Assembly (NCBI GenBank): GCA_003208875.1
Contig: QCUR01000003.1
Location: forward strand, 64,001 to 128,000
Length of the DNA: 64,000 nt
Source of the DNA: Prochlorococcus sp. AG-679-M23
GTDB taxonomy: Bacteria; Cyanobacteriota; Cyanobacteriia; PCC-6307; Cyanobiaceae
Direction: 5' to 3'
Every line of letters begins with the position of its first letter. Position 1 is the stretch's first letter. The position numbers and the translations under genes were made by a program. Below are positions 1 through 10,918 of this stretch, piece after piece. Below the pieces are notes generated by a model. The model saw only the letters and a list, made by a program, of their open reading frames with translations, had not been told where the DNA came from and did not search any database.

Positions 1-97
1 AAGGTTAAAAAAAGACCTTTCTGAAAATTTGATTGCGGTAGATAAGCAAGCAAAAGCTTCAATAAAATAAATAATTAAAATTTTGAAAATTAATTTA

Positions 98-170
98 TAG
101 CCCCAAGGGGATTCGAACCCCTGTCGCCTCCGTGAAAGGGAGGTGTCCTAGGCCTCTAGACGATGGGGCC
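98..170 (-). tRNA. tRNA-Glu (UUC)
   Basis: Reverse complement GGCCCCATCGTCTAGAGGCCTAGGACACCTCCC-TTTCAC-GGAGGCGACAGGGGTTCGAATCCCCTTGGGGCTA; cloverleaf, T-loop GTTCGAATC, anticodon TTC. Confidence 0.97.
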
Positions 171-211
171 AAGGAAATAGCTTAATAGCTAATAAAAAAT
201 TAGGAGTAAAG

Positions 212-1330
212 CTATCCTTTCGTCAAGTGTTGTTGATCTTTGTTTTGGCCTTGCCACACTGGAACAGTAAAATGAAAGCATGAACCTTCACCAACTTCTG
301 ATACAACCCATATTCTCCCTCCATGAACTTCAACAATTCTTCTGCAAACAGATAGGCCAATACCAAATCCTGATGTTCCCTCAGATGTCTGTGGTAGTCT
401 AACTCTATCAAGAAATATTCTTTTTTGCTCACTTACTGGAATTCCAGCACCTTTGTCACAAATCGTTATTTCTACCCATTGATTTGTTTTATGAATCAAT
501 GTAATTTTAATTCTTCCAGAATCTTCTGAAAATTTAAGGGCATTTTCAATTAAGTTTAAAAATACCTGTCTCATTCTTCTTTGATCTGCATATACGCTTG
601 GGAGATCAGATGGTATGTCAGTATCAATTTCTATCTTCCTAAATCTCCAAAACTTTTCTAATTCAAGAATTGCCTCAGCACTTATGTTTCCTAAATCAAT
701 TTTTTGAGGATTAAAAAGAGCTTCCCATTTTGTTGTTCCAACCTCAAGAAGATCTTGAGATAAAAGTTCAATTTCTTCTAAACGTCGTTTAATTACATCT
801 TGCAATTTTTTTATATCAATTTGTCCTAGTTTTTGACTTTGAATAGCAAGAGTTGCTGCCGTCAGCGGCGTTCTTAATTCATGTGCAACCATTCTTAACA
901 GTCTTTCCTGTGATTCAATTCTTTTTGTAAGTGTCTCGTTTTCTTGTCTAAGGACCAATAATTCTTCCTCAAGGAGAAACTCTTTTTGGGTTCTAATTGA
1001 GTCTATTTTAGAAGGTTGAAGATTAATACCTAAATTTTGTGTAACTCCTTCTTGTTTCCATCTAGGCAACCAAGTCTGCAACTGAACAAAAATATTACTT
1101 CCTGCAAATATTTGCTTTGGAGCTGGTGAAACTTTAATAAGAGCAGGAATAGCAACCAATCTATGCAATTCAAGTAGTTCAGGTTGTTCCGTTGGTTCAG
1201 AAATCTGAAGAGAAATCTCAAACTCGCAGTCATCAGACTCTAAATAAGATAGTAATGATTTAAGATCGCCTCTAGAAAGATGATTTCTAGCAGCTACTAA
1301 TATTAATTTTAATTCTTTTTTTTCATTCAA
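212..1330 (-). CDS. sasA: Adaptive-response sensory histidine kinase SasA
   Basis: N-terminal KaiB-like domain ([24 protein letters not shown]), H-box HELRTPL, N-box [10 protein letters not shown]-boxes DKGAGI and GFGIGL. Confidence 0.93.
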   Translation of the reverse strand: MNEKKELKLILVAARNHLSRGDLKSLLSYLESDDCEFEISLQISEPTEQPELLELHRLVAIPALIKVSPAPKQIFAGSNIFVQLQTWLPRWKQEGVTQNLGINLQPSKIDSIRTQKEFLLEEELLVLRQENETLTKRIESQERLLRMVAHELRTPLTAATLAIQSQKLGQIDIKKLQDVIKRRLEEIELLSQDLLEVGTTKWEALFNPQKIDLGNISAEAILELEKFWRFRKIEIDTDIPSDLPSVYADQRRMRQVFLNLIENALKFSEDSGRIKITLIHKTNQWVEITICDKGAGIPVSEQKRIFLDRVRLPQTSEGTSGFGIGLSVCRRIVEVHGGRIWVVSEVGEGSCFHFTVPVWQGQNKDQQHLTKG

Positions 1331-1436
1331 ATCATTTGCCCAGAATTTTTGATAAGCTGTTTTTGCTTATAAACACATTAAGATATATATATATACTTTA
1401 CAGTTAAGCTATCAAATAAATAGATGATATTTAGAA

Positions 1437-1979
1437 ATGGTTGCTAATATTCAAAAAAATAATATCAATTCCGGTGGATATAATTCCCCTGAAGTAAGCA
1501 TAGATAGTAATTTAAAAAGATGGTTTTCTCGTAATATTGGACTTTGGAAATCCAATAGGACATATTTTCTCGAAGAAGAAAGGAAAGCTTACAACCTTTG
1601 CATGTACATAAATATTGAGTCTCTTGAAAATAAAAAAGAATGGGAATCTCATTATAAATTTACTTGGTATCCAGAAAAGAAATATAGTTTTTTTGATGAA
1701 TATCCCAAATATAGAGAAAGAGGAGAAATGCAAGCCTTTATAAAAGACCACCAATTAATAAGAGAAAAATTTTATTTAAGTGATATTGATGGAATATCCA
1801 ATATTAAACAAGTTGATGAACATGAAATGATTTTCGAATCATCTTATGAAGATTGGTACATACTTGAACACACAAGACTTATTGACGGGGATAATTATAG
1901 ATATAGAGTTATATATTCATGGAACAAAGATAAACTTAAAATAGTAGAAAATCATCATGAAATAAAAATTATTACATAA
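1437..1979 (+). CDS. Hypothetical protein, CpcS/CpeS-like beta-barrel (possible bilin lyase-like)
   Basis: 180-aa ORF; WFSRNIGLWKSNRTY resembles the N-terminal GxWxSxR strand of CpcS/CpeS lyases. Confidence 0.5.
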   Translation: MVANIQKNNINSGGYNSPEVSIDSNLKRWFSRNIGLWKSNRTYFLEEERKAYNLCMYINIESLENKKEWESHYKFTWYPEKKYSFFDEYPKYRERGEMQAFIKDHQLIREKFYLSDIDGISNIKQVDEHEMIFESSYEDWYILEHTRLIDGDNYRYRVIYSWNKDKLKIVENHHEIKIIT

Positions 1980-2047
1980 ATTCTGTTAGTCAATTAAGTT
2001 TAAAAATAAAAAATGTTATCTTTAAAAAGTAAATTAAAAAATAATTA

Positions 2048-2488
2048 ATGCTTATAAACTTGTATACAAAAAAATTTTTTAAAATTTTAACTCTTCCTAT
2101 ATTTTTATACTTAACTTTTTTTGACATAACAATATTCAATAAAGAACTAAAAGCCGACAAAAAATTAAAAGCGGCTACCGAGACAGATCTTTTCTTATAT
2201 AGGCAAATGGGTGCCTCTTATCTTTGTATTGCTACAAATGCTGAAGTTGATTTTGAGAAAGGTCTTGGAATAGCTAGTGCTACTTTCGCAAATGTAATTA
2301 TAGGAAAGCATGAGGGTCTTATTAAAGAGTTTGGCACTGAAAAACTTGACCAAAAGAGATTATATAATGCTGGAACTTTTCAGATTGTGTCAAGTGCTCT
2401 AAATATTTGTCCAGAAAACATTCCTAAAGAAGTAAAAAATAGTTATGAGGAAAGACTAAAAGAGCTTATTAAACAAAATAAAAAATAA
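2048..2488 (+). CDS. Conserved hypothetical exported protein
   Basis: 146-aa ORF with hydrophobic N-terminus and two Cys (YLC, NICP). Confidence 0.6.
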   Translation: MLINLYTKKFFKILTLPIFLYLTFFDITIFNKELKADKKLKAATETDLFLYRQMGASYLCIATNAEVDFEKGLGIASATFANVIIGKHEGLIKEFGTEKLDQKRLYNAGTFQIVSSALNICPENIPKEVKNSYEERLKELIKQNKK

Positions 2489-2493
2489 ATTTA

Positions 2494-3489
2494 TTATCTA
2501 AACATAGAACTAACCGAACTTTCTTCATGAATTCTCCATATTGCCTCTCCTAACATATTTGCTACAGAAAGAACTTTTAACTGAGGAAAGTCGTCATTAT
2601 CAATAACTGGAATACTGTTAGTAACTATTACTTGTTCAAATAAATCTTTGGAACTTAACCTTTCATAAGAGGGTGGAGAGAAAACTGCATGAGAAGCACA
2701 TGCGAAAATTCTCTTTGCACCTTCTTTTTTTAATAAATTTGCTCCGGAACAAATAGTACCCCCAGTATCAATCATGTCATCTATAAGAATAGCCGTTTTC
2801 CCCTTAACTTCTCCAATAACAGTCAAACTCTCTGCGATATTATGAGCAGATCTTCTTTTGTCAATGATCGCTAATGGAGCATCATTCATTAATTTGGCAA
2901 ATGCTCTTGCTCTGGCCACTCCACCCACATCAGGAGATACAACAACAACTTCCTCCAACTTTAGAGATTCAAGATAATCAATTAAGACAGGAGATCCATA
3001 TATATGATCGCAAGGAATATCAAAATATCCTTGTATTTGAGCTGAATGTAAATCCATGGCAAGAACTCTATCCACACCTGACTTCTCAAGTAAATTTGCT
3101 GTAAGCTTTGCTGTAATTGACTCTCTTCCTGAAGTTTTTCTATCCGCCCTTGCATATCCAAAATATGGAATGACCGCTGTAATTTGTCTAGCTGAAGCTC
3201 TTTTACAAGCATCAACCATGATCATTAACTCCATTAAACTATCGTTGACAGGAGCACATGTAGGTTGAATAAGGAATACATCGCAACCTCTTATAGATTG
3301 TTGAATTTGAACATAAAGTTCACCATCAGCAAATCTTTTAGATACTAAGGGAACATTTTCAATCCCTAAATATGATGCAATTTCTTCAGCTAATTTAGGA
3401 TTAGAAGTTCCACTAACTAACCTAAGTCTACTATTAGTTAGATTAAAAGTTGGCTCTTCATTATCTACTGCCGTGATAAAACTTGTCAC
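2494..3489 (-). CDS. prs: Ribose-phosphate pyrophosphokinase
   Basis: FADGE, PYFGYARADRK, DLHSAQIQGYFD, VSPDVGG and DDMIDTGGT motifs. Confidence 0.97.
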   Translation of the reverse strand: MTSFITAVDNEEPTFNLTNSRLRLVSGTSNPKLAEEIASYLGIENVPLVSKRFADGELYVQIQQSIRGCDVFLIQPTCAPVNDSLMELMIMVDACKRASARQITAVIPYFGYARADRKTSGRESITAKLTANLLEKSGVDRVLAMDLHSAQIQGYFDIPCDHIYGSPVLIDYLESLKLEEVVVVSPDVGGVARARAFAKLMNDAPLAIIDKRRSAHNIAESLTVIGEVKGKTAILIDDMIDTGGTICSGANLLKKEGAKRIFACASHAVFSPPSYERLSSKDLFEQVIVTNSIPVIDNDDFPQLKVLSVANMLGEAIWRIHEESSVSSMFR

Positions 3490-3738
3490 GAAATTAGCTT
3501 TAAAAATCTACTAATATCGTAATACCTAATATTAATTTCGCAAAAATTAATTAACTTATTTATCTTTCATAGTTATAAGTACTAAGTTTGAATATTAAAT
3601 ATTCCAAAATATATAATTTTAAAAGTTATCGGCAAATATAAGAAACATCTAAATTTATTTGTTAAATGATATATATTTAATTATTCTTAATCTTAGATAA
3701 TAATTGATAAAAGAATTATAAAAAATCACCCTATATTA

Positions 3739-5259
3739 ATGAGTTTAAAATCAGTTCTTAAGAAAAAATCATTAGGTATACTTGTTCATCCTTCAAGTCT
3801 CCCCGGAGGTAGTTACTGCGGGACCTTTGGAGAAGGCGCTAAAGATTGGATTAAGAAACTTTGTAAGTATAAGATTAATCACTGGCAATTCCTACCTCTT
3901 ACTCCAACAGATTCAACTGGATCTCCGTACAGTTCGCCATCCAGTTTTGCGTTAAATCCTTGGTTTCTTGATATCAATAAATTAATTGAAGAAAACTTTA
4001 TCATTTCATTAAATAAGAAAGATTTACAATCAATTAATCAGAACGAAGATCATTTTGATTTTGATTTTGCAAATAATTTATCGAAAAAATTAGGAGAATA
4101 TCTTTTATTTGATTGGAAATCTCAATCTGAAATGAGAAAAACTGATTTTTATTTATGGAATAAAAAAAATACTTGGGTTGAAGATTATTCAATCTTTATG
4201 GTCTTAAGAGAGAAATTCAATATGTTGCCATGGTGGGAGTGGCCATTGGAGTTTAAACAAAAAGAAAATGAATTTATAAAAACATGGATAAAAGACAAAA
4301 AAAATGAAATCCTTAAAACAAAATTAATACAATGGCATCTTGATAAACAGTGGAAGGAAATCAAAGTCTTTGCCAAAACTAATGGAATTACACTCATAGG
4401 TGATTTACCTTTTTATGTTTCAAGAGACAGTGCGGATGTATGGAGTAATAAATCACTATTTTCAATATCTCAAAATGGAGATTTACTTTTTCAAAGTGGA
4501 GTTCCTCCTGATTATTTCTCATCTACGGGTCAACTATGGGGTACTCCCACCTACTATTGGGCTCAGCACAAAAGTACAGCATTTAAATGGTGGAGAAAAA
4601 GATTTAAGAGACAATTTGAACTTGTTGACATATTAAGACTTGATCATTTTAGAGCGTTGGCTGGATATTGGAGAGTTGATGGAAATGCCCAAAATGCTAT
4701 TAATGGGAAATGGATTAATTCCCCGGGGAAAGAGCTATTAAATATTTTAAAAAAAGATTTAAAATCTGATTATCTACCTATCATTGCTGAGGATTTAGGA
4801 GTAATAACTAAAGATGTAGAGATTTTAAGGGATAATTATGAATTACCTGGTATGAAGATTTTACAATTCGCATTCGATGGGAATGAAAATAACCCTTATC
4901 TACCTAAAAATATCGAAAAAGAGAACTGGGTTGTTTATACAGGAACCCATGATAACGCTACTTCAACATCGTGGTGGGACTATTTAGATGTCTCAATTAA
5001 AAACCATATTAAAGATAAATATAAATACTCAAATGATCCCTCTTGGAATTTAATGGAAATTGGCATGAGTACAAAAGCAAACCTTTTTATCTCTCCAATT
5101 CAAGATATCTTATCTTTGGATGACTCAAGTAGATTAAATACTCCTGGAACAATTACTAACAATTGGAGATGGAAATTAAATCAAACTCTTGATGAGATAG
5201 ATATGAATTTAAAAAAATATAGTGACCTTGGAAATAATTATGGGAGAGTAAGCAATTAG
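3739..5259 (+). CDS. malQ: 4-alpha-glucanotransferase (amylomaltase, GH77)
   Basis: GVPPDYFSSTGQLWG, RLDHFR, IAEDLG and YTGTHDN motifs. Confidence 0.96.
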   Translation: MSLKSVLKKKSLGILVHPSSLPGGSYCGTFGEGAKDWIKKLCKYKINHWQFLPLTPTDSTGSPYSSPSSFALNPWFLDINKLIEENFIISLNKKDLQSINQNEDHFDFDFANNLSKKLGEYLLFDWKSQSEMRKTDFYLWNKKNTWVEDYSIFMVLREKFNMLPWWEWPLEFKQKENEFIKTWIKDKKNEILKTKLIQWHLDKQWKEIKVFAKTNGITLIGDLPFYVSRDSADVWSNKSLFSISQNGDLLFQSGVPPDYFSSTGQLWGTPTYYWAQHKSTAFKWWRKRFKRQFELVDILRLDHFRALAGYWRVDGNAQNAINGKWINSPGKELLNILKKDLKSDYLPIIAEDLGVITKDVEILRDNYELPGMKILQFAFDGNENNPYLPKNIEKENWVVYTGTHDNATSTSWWDYLDVSIKNHIKDKYKYSNDPSWNLMEIGMSTKANLFISPIQDILSLDDSSRLNTPGTITNNWRWKLNQTLDEIDMNLKKYSDLGNNYGRVSN

Positions 5260-5274
5260 ATCATCAGATATATT

Positions 5275-5799
5275 TTATTTTCCTTTTTCCTCAATAATTT
5301 GAATCTCAATAATATTAATATTTGAAATAAAGTATCGATTGAGAAAAAATAGTATCAAAATTAAAAATAAAAAATAAAAAAAACTTCCCTGCCAGGAATT
5401 TAGAAAATCAAACTTTCTTAAAATGATTTTTTTTTTGTTTTTTTCGACAGTATTTGTTTCTCTAATTTCTAACCCCGCCAATGTATTATTTTCCAGGGAT
5501 AAACATTTTTCCAACTTTAATAATATTGACCTTAGAAAAGGATCTCTTGGTCTAAGGTCTTCAATATTGTTCTCAATTGATTTTATAGAAGATTCTGGAA
5601 TTTTAGAGATATTTGATAATTCTTTAACAGAAAGATTATTTTGAGTCCTTGCTTCTTTTACTAATTTACCAAGTTCAATATATTGATCATATTTTTTACT
5701 ATTATTTTGTTCCTCCAATGTTATTTTTTTATTTTTTAGAAAATTAATATTGAATAATCTCATTAGATTTTTTTTTATTTGACTATTTAAATTATGCAT
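5275..5799 (-). CDS. RodZ-like helix-turn-helix membrane protein
   Basis: XRE-type HTH (LVKEAR...LSVKELSNISKIPESSIKSIE) followed by a C-terminal TM helix; true start may be 5763. Confidence 0.7.
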   Translation of the reverse strand: MHNLNSQIKKNLMRLFNINFLKNKKITLEEQNNSKKYDQYIELGKLVKEARTQNNLSVKELSNISKIPESSIKSIENNIEDLRPRDPFLRSILLKLEKCLSLENNTLAGLEIRETNTVEKNKKKIILRKFDFLNSWQGSFFYFLFLILILFFLNRYFISNINIIEIQIIEEKGK

Positions 5800-5860
5800 C
5801 TAAAGGATTATTTAATTTTAACCAATTCATAAATCAAAAACTATAATGTACAAGCAAAAA

Positions 5861-7519
5861 CTAAGCTGGAGATATAATATTTTGAAAAGCACTTTTAGCC
5901 AATTTTAAAGGACTAAAAGTATCTCTAAGCAAAATTAAGAGTTTTTCTGCATCTTTTAGTTCCAATCTATCATCCTTAACAAGGCTTAATAAAAGGTTTT
6001 TTCTAACTTCAGATCCTTTGTCACTTACAATTAGTTTCAAACCTGCATTGGCTACAGGAATGAGATCTGCATTAATATTTTCTGTATCCTTAAATAATGT
6101 ATTTAATAAACTTTCAAGCTTATCTATCTGAATCCTTCCTTCATTATCAAATACAACTTCAAGAAGAATATTTACAATTTCATCTGAATTATCTGTTAAA
6201 AGTTTTTTTGCAATATATGGATATGCAATTTTTAAGATCTTAAATTCAGGATCAAGTCTCAAAGCTAAACCTTCTTGACTTACAACAGCTCTAATTATTA
6301 GTGCGAACCTACTTGGAACTCTAAACGGATAAGAATACATTAGTTTTGAGAATTTATCAGTTACATTTTTTAAATTAAAATTTCCAACCTCGGCACCAAA
6401 TGAACCCCCAAGGACCTCTTTTAGTGGTTCTACAAGTTGTTCAAGATCTTGTTCTTTGGTTAAGAAACCTAATTTCTGAAAATCTTTAGCCATAAGTAAA
6501 TATTCTTGATTAATTAAATGCACAATTGATTTAATAAGTGTGAGCCTATCTGAATTTGTAATAGTATCCATCATCCCAAAATCAACGTATGCTAAGTGTC
6601 CATTATCTAAAGTTCCTCCTTTAAGAGCAAACATGTTTCCAGGATGAGGATCAGCATGAAAATAACCATATTCGAATAATTGCTGCAGTCCACTTATTAC
6701 GCAAGTTCTAATATAGGAAGAAGGTATTAAATTATTTTGCTCTAAAATTTCTCTGTCCCTTAATTTAACTCCATCAATCCAAGATGTAGTAATAACCCTT
6801 TTTGAGGAAAAATCTTTTTCTAATTTTGGTATAAATACATTAGGATTAGATTTAAAAAGATCGGCAAACTTCAATGCATTTTCCCCTTCTTGCTCGTAAT
6901 CAATTTCATCAAAAAGGGCTTTACCAAATTCATCTATTATTTCTCCAATACCAACACCTATATTAAGTGGTAAAAATGATCCGAAAGTAGTCGCTAAGAT
7001 TTTTAGAATTACAATATCTCTTCTAATAAGAAAATATAAATTAGGTCTTTGTACTTTAACAGCACAAAAATTATTATTTTTTTTTCTTGCTTTATAAACT
7101 ATTCCTAGGCTTGCTGATGCAATAGGTTCATCTGGAAAATCATCAAATAATTCATTAGCAGGAAGTCCAAGTTCATCTTCAATTATTTTTAGAGCAATTT
7201 CATGTTTAAAAGGTGGAAGATTATCCTGTAGATTTGTAAGTTCTGTTAGCCAATCTTGCCTTACAAGATCTGGTCTAGTTGAAAGTGCTTGTCCTAATTT
7301 AATAAAACATGGACCCAAATCGGTGATAACGTCAAAAAGGTATTTTGAAAGATTTTTCTGTACACTCTTACTATTACTGTTACCTTGAAATAGTATTCTT
7401 ACTGAAAGAAAAATTAAAGTTAATAGTATATATAAAACTCTTGGTAATAATATCCATGGTCTTAGGATTAACCAAATCATATCTCCTTTAGGTGAATATT
7501 TTGAATAAGAAGTTGCCAT
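5861..7519 (-). CDS. ABC1/UbiB (AarF) family atypical kinase
   Basis: LGPCFIKLGQALSTRPD, PIASASLG, AVKVQRP, FHADPHPGN and DFGMM motifs. Confidence 0.93.
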   Translation of the reverse strand: MATSYSKYSPKGDMIWLILRPWILLPRVLYILLTLIFLSVRILFQGNSNSKSVQKNLSKYLFDVITDLGPCFIKLGQALSTRPDLVRQDWLTELTNLQDNLPPFKHEIALKIIEDELGLPANELFDDFPDEPIASASLGIVYKARKKNNNFCAVKVQRPNLYFLIRRDIVILKILATTFGSFLPLNIGVGIGEIIDEFGKALFDEIDYEQEGENALKFADLFKSNPNVFIPKLEKDFSSKRVITTSWIDGVKLRDREILEQNNLIPSSYIRTCVISGLQQLFEYGYFHADPHPGNMFALKGGTLDNGHLAYVDFGMMDTITNSDRLTLIKSIVHLINQEYLLMAKDFQKLGFLTKEQDLEQLVEPLKEVLGGSFGAEVGNFNLKNVTDKFSKLMYSYPFRVPSRFALIIRAVVSQEGLALRLDPEFKILKIAYPYIAKKLLTDNSDEIVNILLEVVFDNEGRIQIDKLESLLNTLFKDTENINADLIPVANAGLKLIVSDKGSEVRKNLLLSLVKDDRLELKDAEKLLILLRDTFSPLKLAKSAFQNIISPA

Positions 7520-7583
7520 TTACATTTAAAATATTAAAGAAGAATTTGTTTTCAACATATTCTATATGTGCCAATAATACTTT

Positions 7584-8982
7584 ATGAGTATTTCTTCTTT
7601 TCTAACTAAAAAGTTTTTAAAATCACTTTTTTTTCCTGCCCACAATAGAGGGAAAGCTTTACCAAAAGGCTTGATTAGATTATTAAAAAAACAACCAGGT
7701 TTTTGGGATTTACCAGAACTTCCTGAAATAGGTTCTCCATTATCTAATAGTGGATTAATACATGATGCGCAAATATCAATTTCAAAAAAAATTAATACAA
7801 AAAAATGTTTTTTTGGAGTAAATGGAGCATCTGGTTTGATTCAATCAGGAATAATCGCTATGGCTAATCCTGGTGAATATATTCTTATGCCTAGGAATGT
7901 TCATATAAGTGTTATTAAAGCTTGTGCTTTGCAGAATATTATTCCAATATTCTTTGACATAGAATTTTCTAGTGTAACTGGACATTACATGCCCATCACT
8001 AAAAAATGGTTTACAAATGTATTCAATAATATAGATTTTGACAATTATAAAATTGCAGGAGTCATATTAGTTAGTCCTTACTATCAAGGATATGCGACGG
8101 ATCTTGAACCTTTAATTAAAATTTGTCATCTACATAATTTGCCTGTTTTAGTTGATGAAGCCCATGGTTCTTATTTTCTTTTTTGTGAAAACTTTAATTT
8201 ACCAAAATCAGCCTTAAGATCCAAAGCTGATTTAGTTGTCCATTCATTACATAAGTCACTTAATGGACTAACTCAAACAGCAATAATTTGGCATAATGGG
8301 AATCTAATAGAAGAAAACAAATTAATCAAAAGCATAAATTTACTGCAAACTACTAGTCCTAATTCTCTCTTGCTTTCTTCTTGTGAGGAGTCCATTAAAG
8401 ACTGGCTTAATAAGGATAATCTTAATAAATACAAAAAAAAGAATTTTAGAAGCAAAATCAATCTACAATGAGTTAATTAAAAAAGAGATACCTCTTATTG
8501 AAACTCAAGATCCTTTAAAAATAGTACTAAATACTTCAAAAGTTGGTATTGATGGCTTTACTGCAGATAGATTTTTCTATAAAAACGGATTAATTGCTGA
8601 ATTACCTGAAATGATGACGCTTACTTTTTGTCTTGGATTTTCAAATCAAAAGGATTTTACTTTTTTGTTTCAAAAATTATGGAAAAAGTTACTAGTTCAT
8701 ACTAATAAATCTTATGGTTTGAAAGCTATAAAACCTCCTTTTAGAATAGTTCAATCACCAGAAATACCAATAGGAGTTGCTTGGAAAAGTAAGACTATTA
8801 GCATTCCTCTAGTTGAATCCTTGGGGAAAATTTCTGGAGATATTATTTGTCCTTATCCTCCTGGAATACCTTTAATTATTCCTGGAGAGAGAATAGACAA
8901 GGAAAGAATAGATTGGATAGAAGCTCAAAGTTTGTATAACGAGGATCTGTTAAATTCTTATATAAGGGTCTTAAATAACTAA
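7584..8982 (+). pseudogene. Orn/Lys/Arg decarboxylase family PLP enzyme, split by a +1 frameshift
   Basis: ORF 7584-8471 has DEAHG, SLHKSL (PLP Lys) and QTTSP; ORF 8383-8982 has the C-terminal PYPPGIP; removing one A from the A8 run at 8433-8440 joins them as YKKRILEAK. May be a sequencing error. Confidence 0.85.
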
Positions 8983-8991
8983 AAATCAAAT

Positions 8992-9849
8992 ATGAGATTG
9001 CGAAGTGGCTTATTAATCGGATTATTTGGGTTAGTTGTTGTTTTATTAGGCGGATGGTATTTCACAATAGCAATTGCATTACTTACCTATATTGCACTTC
9101 TCGAATTTTTTAGAATGGCAGAATTCACAGGAATTAAACCAGCCACCAAAACTACGTTATTCTCATGCTTCATAATTACAATTGCTACATATCTAGAAGT
9201 TATTGGATTCCTTGATAGAGAGATATACAATTCAATATTACCAATATGTTCAGTAGGAATATGCACGTGGTTATTGTTGCAGCCAAAATCAGGCACTATT
9301 TCAGATATTGCAGCATCTATTTTCGGATTATTTTATTTAGGTTTTTTACCTAGTTATTGGATTAAATTAAGAGCGATACAATCGACTATAAATAATTCTT
9401 CCGATGGAATATTATCCTTTGAAAATATCTCAAATTCAACAGGTCTTTATTTAACATTAATTTCTTGTTTATTAATTGTGGCAAGTGATATAGGTTCTTA
9501 TTTTTTTGGAAAGTCTTTTGGTAAAAGGGCTCTTTCCCCATTATCTCCAAGTAAAACTATCGAAGGTTTGATCGGAGGAATAATATGCTCAATTTCAGTA
9601 GCAACCTTTTTTGCGTTTCTACTTAGTTGGCAGAATCCATTCTTAATTGGGATTTTATATGGAATATTAGTTTCTCTTATGGCATTAGTAGGAGATTTAA
9701 TTGAATCAATGATGAAAAGAGATGCGAAAATTAAAGATTCTGGAACTTTTTTGCCTGGTCATGGTGGAATACTTGATAGAATTGATAGTTATATATTTAC
9801 CCCTTCAGTTATTTATTATATAATCATAATTTTTAAAGTTTTTAATTAA
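8992..9849 (+). CDS. cdsA: Phosphatidate cytidylyltransferase
   Basis: SPSKTIEG and GDLIESMMKRDAKIKDSGTFLPGHGGILDRIDS signature. Confidence 0.96.
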   Translation: MRLRSGLLIGLFGLVVVLLGGWYFTIAIALLTYIALLEFFRMAEFTGIKPATKTTLFSCFIITIATYLEVIGFLDREIYNSILPICSVGICTWLLLQPKSGTISDIAASIFGLFYLGFLPSYWIKLRAIQSTINNSSDGILSFENISNSTGLYLTLISCLLIVASDIGSYFFGKSFGKRALSPLSPSKTIEGLIGGIICSISVATFFAFLLSWQNPFLIGILYGILVSLMALVGDLIESMMKRDAKIKDSGTFLPGHGGILDRIDSYIFTPSVIYYIIIIFKVFN

Positions 9850-10013
9850 TTCCTAAGTATTAATTTTACAGATTAATCTATATTTACTAATTAATTTTTT
9901 TATTTAGACATTACATTTAATGTTTTTTACAAAGGTAGAAATATCTTGCTTAAATATAAATTAAATATCAAGTTTAAATTACATTACTAATAAAATTATT
10001 AATAATACTTTTA

Positions 10014-10913
10014 TTAGGCACAAAAATAATCATAAATAATCTTGCTAGATAATGATGGTAAATCTACATGTGGAAGATGACCACAATTTTTCAACCCAAT
10101 AAAATTTAATTGATCTATTTGTTTTATTTTATTAATTTCTTTTTTACCAAGAATGCGATCATTCTCCCCACAAATAGTTTTAATTGAAATATTTTGCATG
10201 TATTTATATGTCCCAGCAAATCCACCACTTTTTGCAAAAGAAGCTAACGAATTTCTCCAGCCAGAGCACCCTAAATGAATTGAGGCAATTTGTTCTTCCA
10301 TTGAACCAACACTTCTATCTGGATATGCAAAAGCTTGCCTACAAAGACCCTTTCTTACTTGAGATAATCCTAAAAAAGACGCTCCAATCTGGTTTAATGG
10401 GAAAGGAATATTTTTGGATTCTCCAAACAAACCCGCTGGAGATAACAGAATTATCCTATCAATAAGCTCTGGGATTTCCTTCGCCAAGTTTATCGCTACG
10501 GATCCTCCCATCGAAGCCCCGACAACCATTAACTTATTTTTTAATGTAAGAGTATTTATAATATCTATAAGATTAGAAATTATTTTACGAGGATTATATT
10601 GATTGGAAGCATTCCTCGGAGTAAATCCAAACCCTAATAAATCAGGAATTATTAATTGGAATTTTTTTTTTAAAAAAGGATAAATTCTCCTAAATTCAAG
10701 AAAACTACTATCAAATCCATGCAAGAAAAGGATTGGTTGACCAGTTCCTCCCATAACGACTGGAAATTCAGAAGAATTCCATTTTTCGTTAAGCTTTATC
10801 CAATTAACGTCGTTAGATATATTCAACCCTAATGGATCCTGAATAGAGTTTTTGACTTTTTCAAAATAATCAATATTCAATTTATTAAGATCATTATAGA
10901 TATTCTTATTCAA
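10014..10913 (-). CDS. Alpha/beta hydrolase
   Basis: LHGFDSS, PDLLGFG, GASMGG nucleophile elbow, C-terminal GHLPH. Confidence 0.9.
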   Translation of the reverse strand: MNKNIYNDLNKLNIDYFEKVKNSIQDPLGLNISNDVNWIKLNEKWNSSEFPVVMGGTGQPILFLHGFDSSFLEFRRIYPFLKKKFQLIIPDLLGFGFTPRNASNQYNPRKIISNLIDIINTLTLKNKLMVVGASMGGSVAINLAKEIPELIDRIILLSPAGLFGESKNIPFPLNQIGASFLGLSQVRKGLCRQAFAYPDRSVGSMEEQIASIHLGCSGWRNSLASFAKSGGFAGTYKYMQNISIKTICGENDRILGKKEINKIKQIDQLNFIGLKNCGHLPHVDLPSLSSKIIYDYFCA

Positions 10914-10918
10914 AGTAT

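Noticed and set aside
8432..8441. Programmed -1 frameshift at A-AAA-AAG in the decarboxylase
   Set aside because: Joining the two halves needs a +1 shift, not -1.
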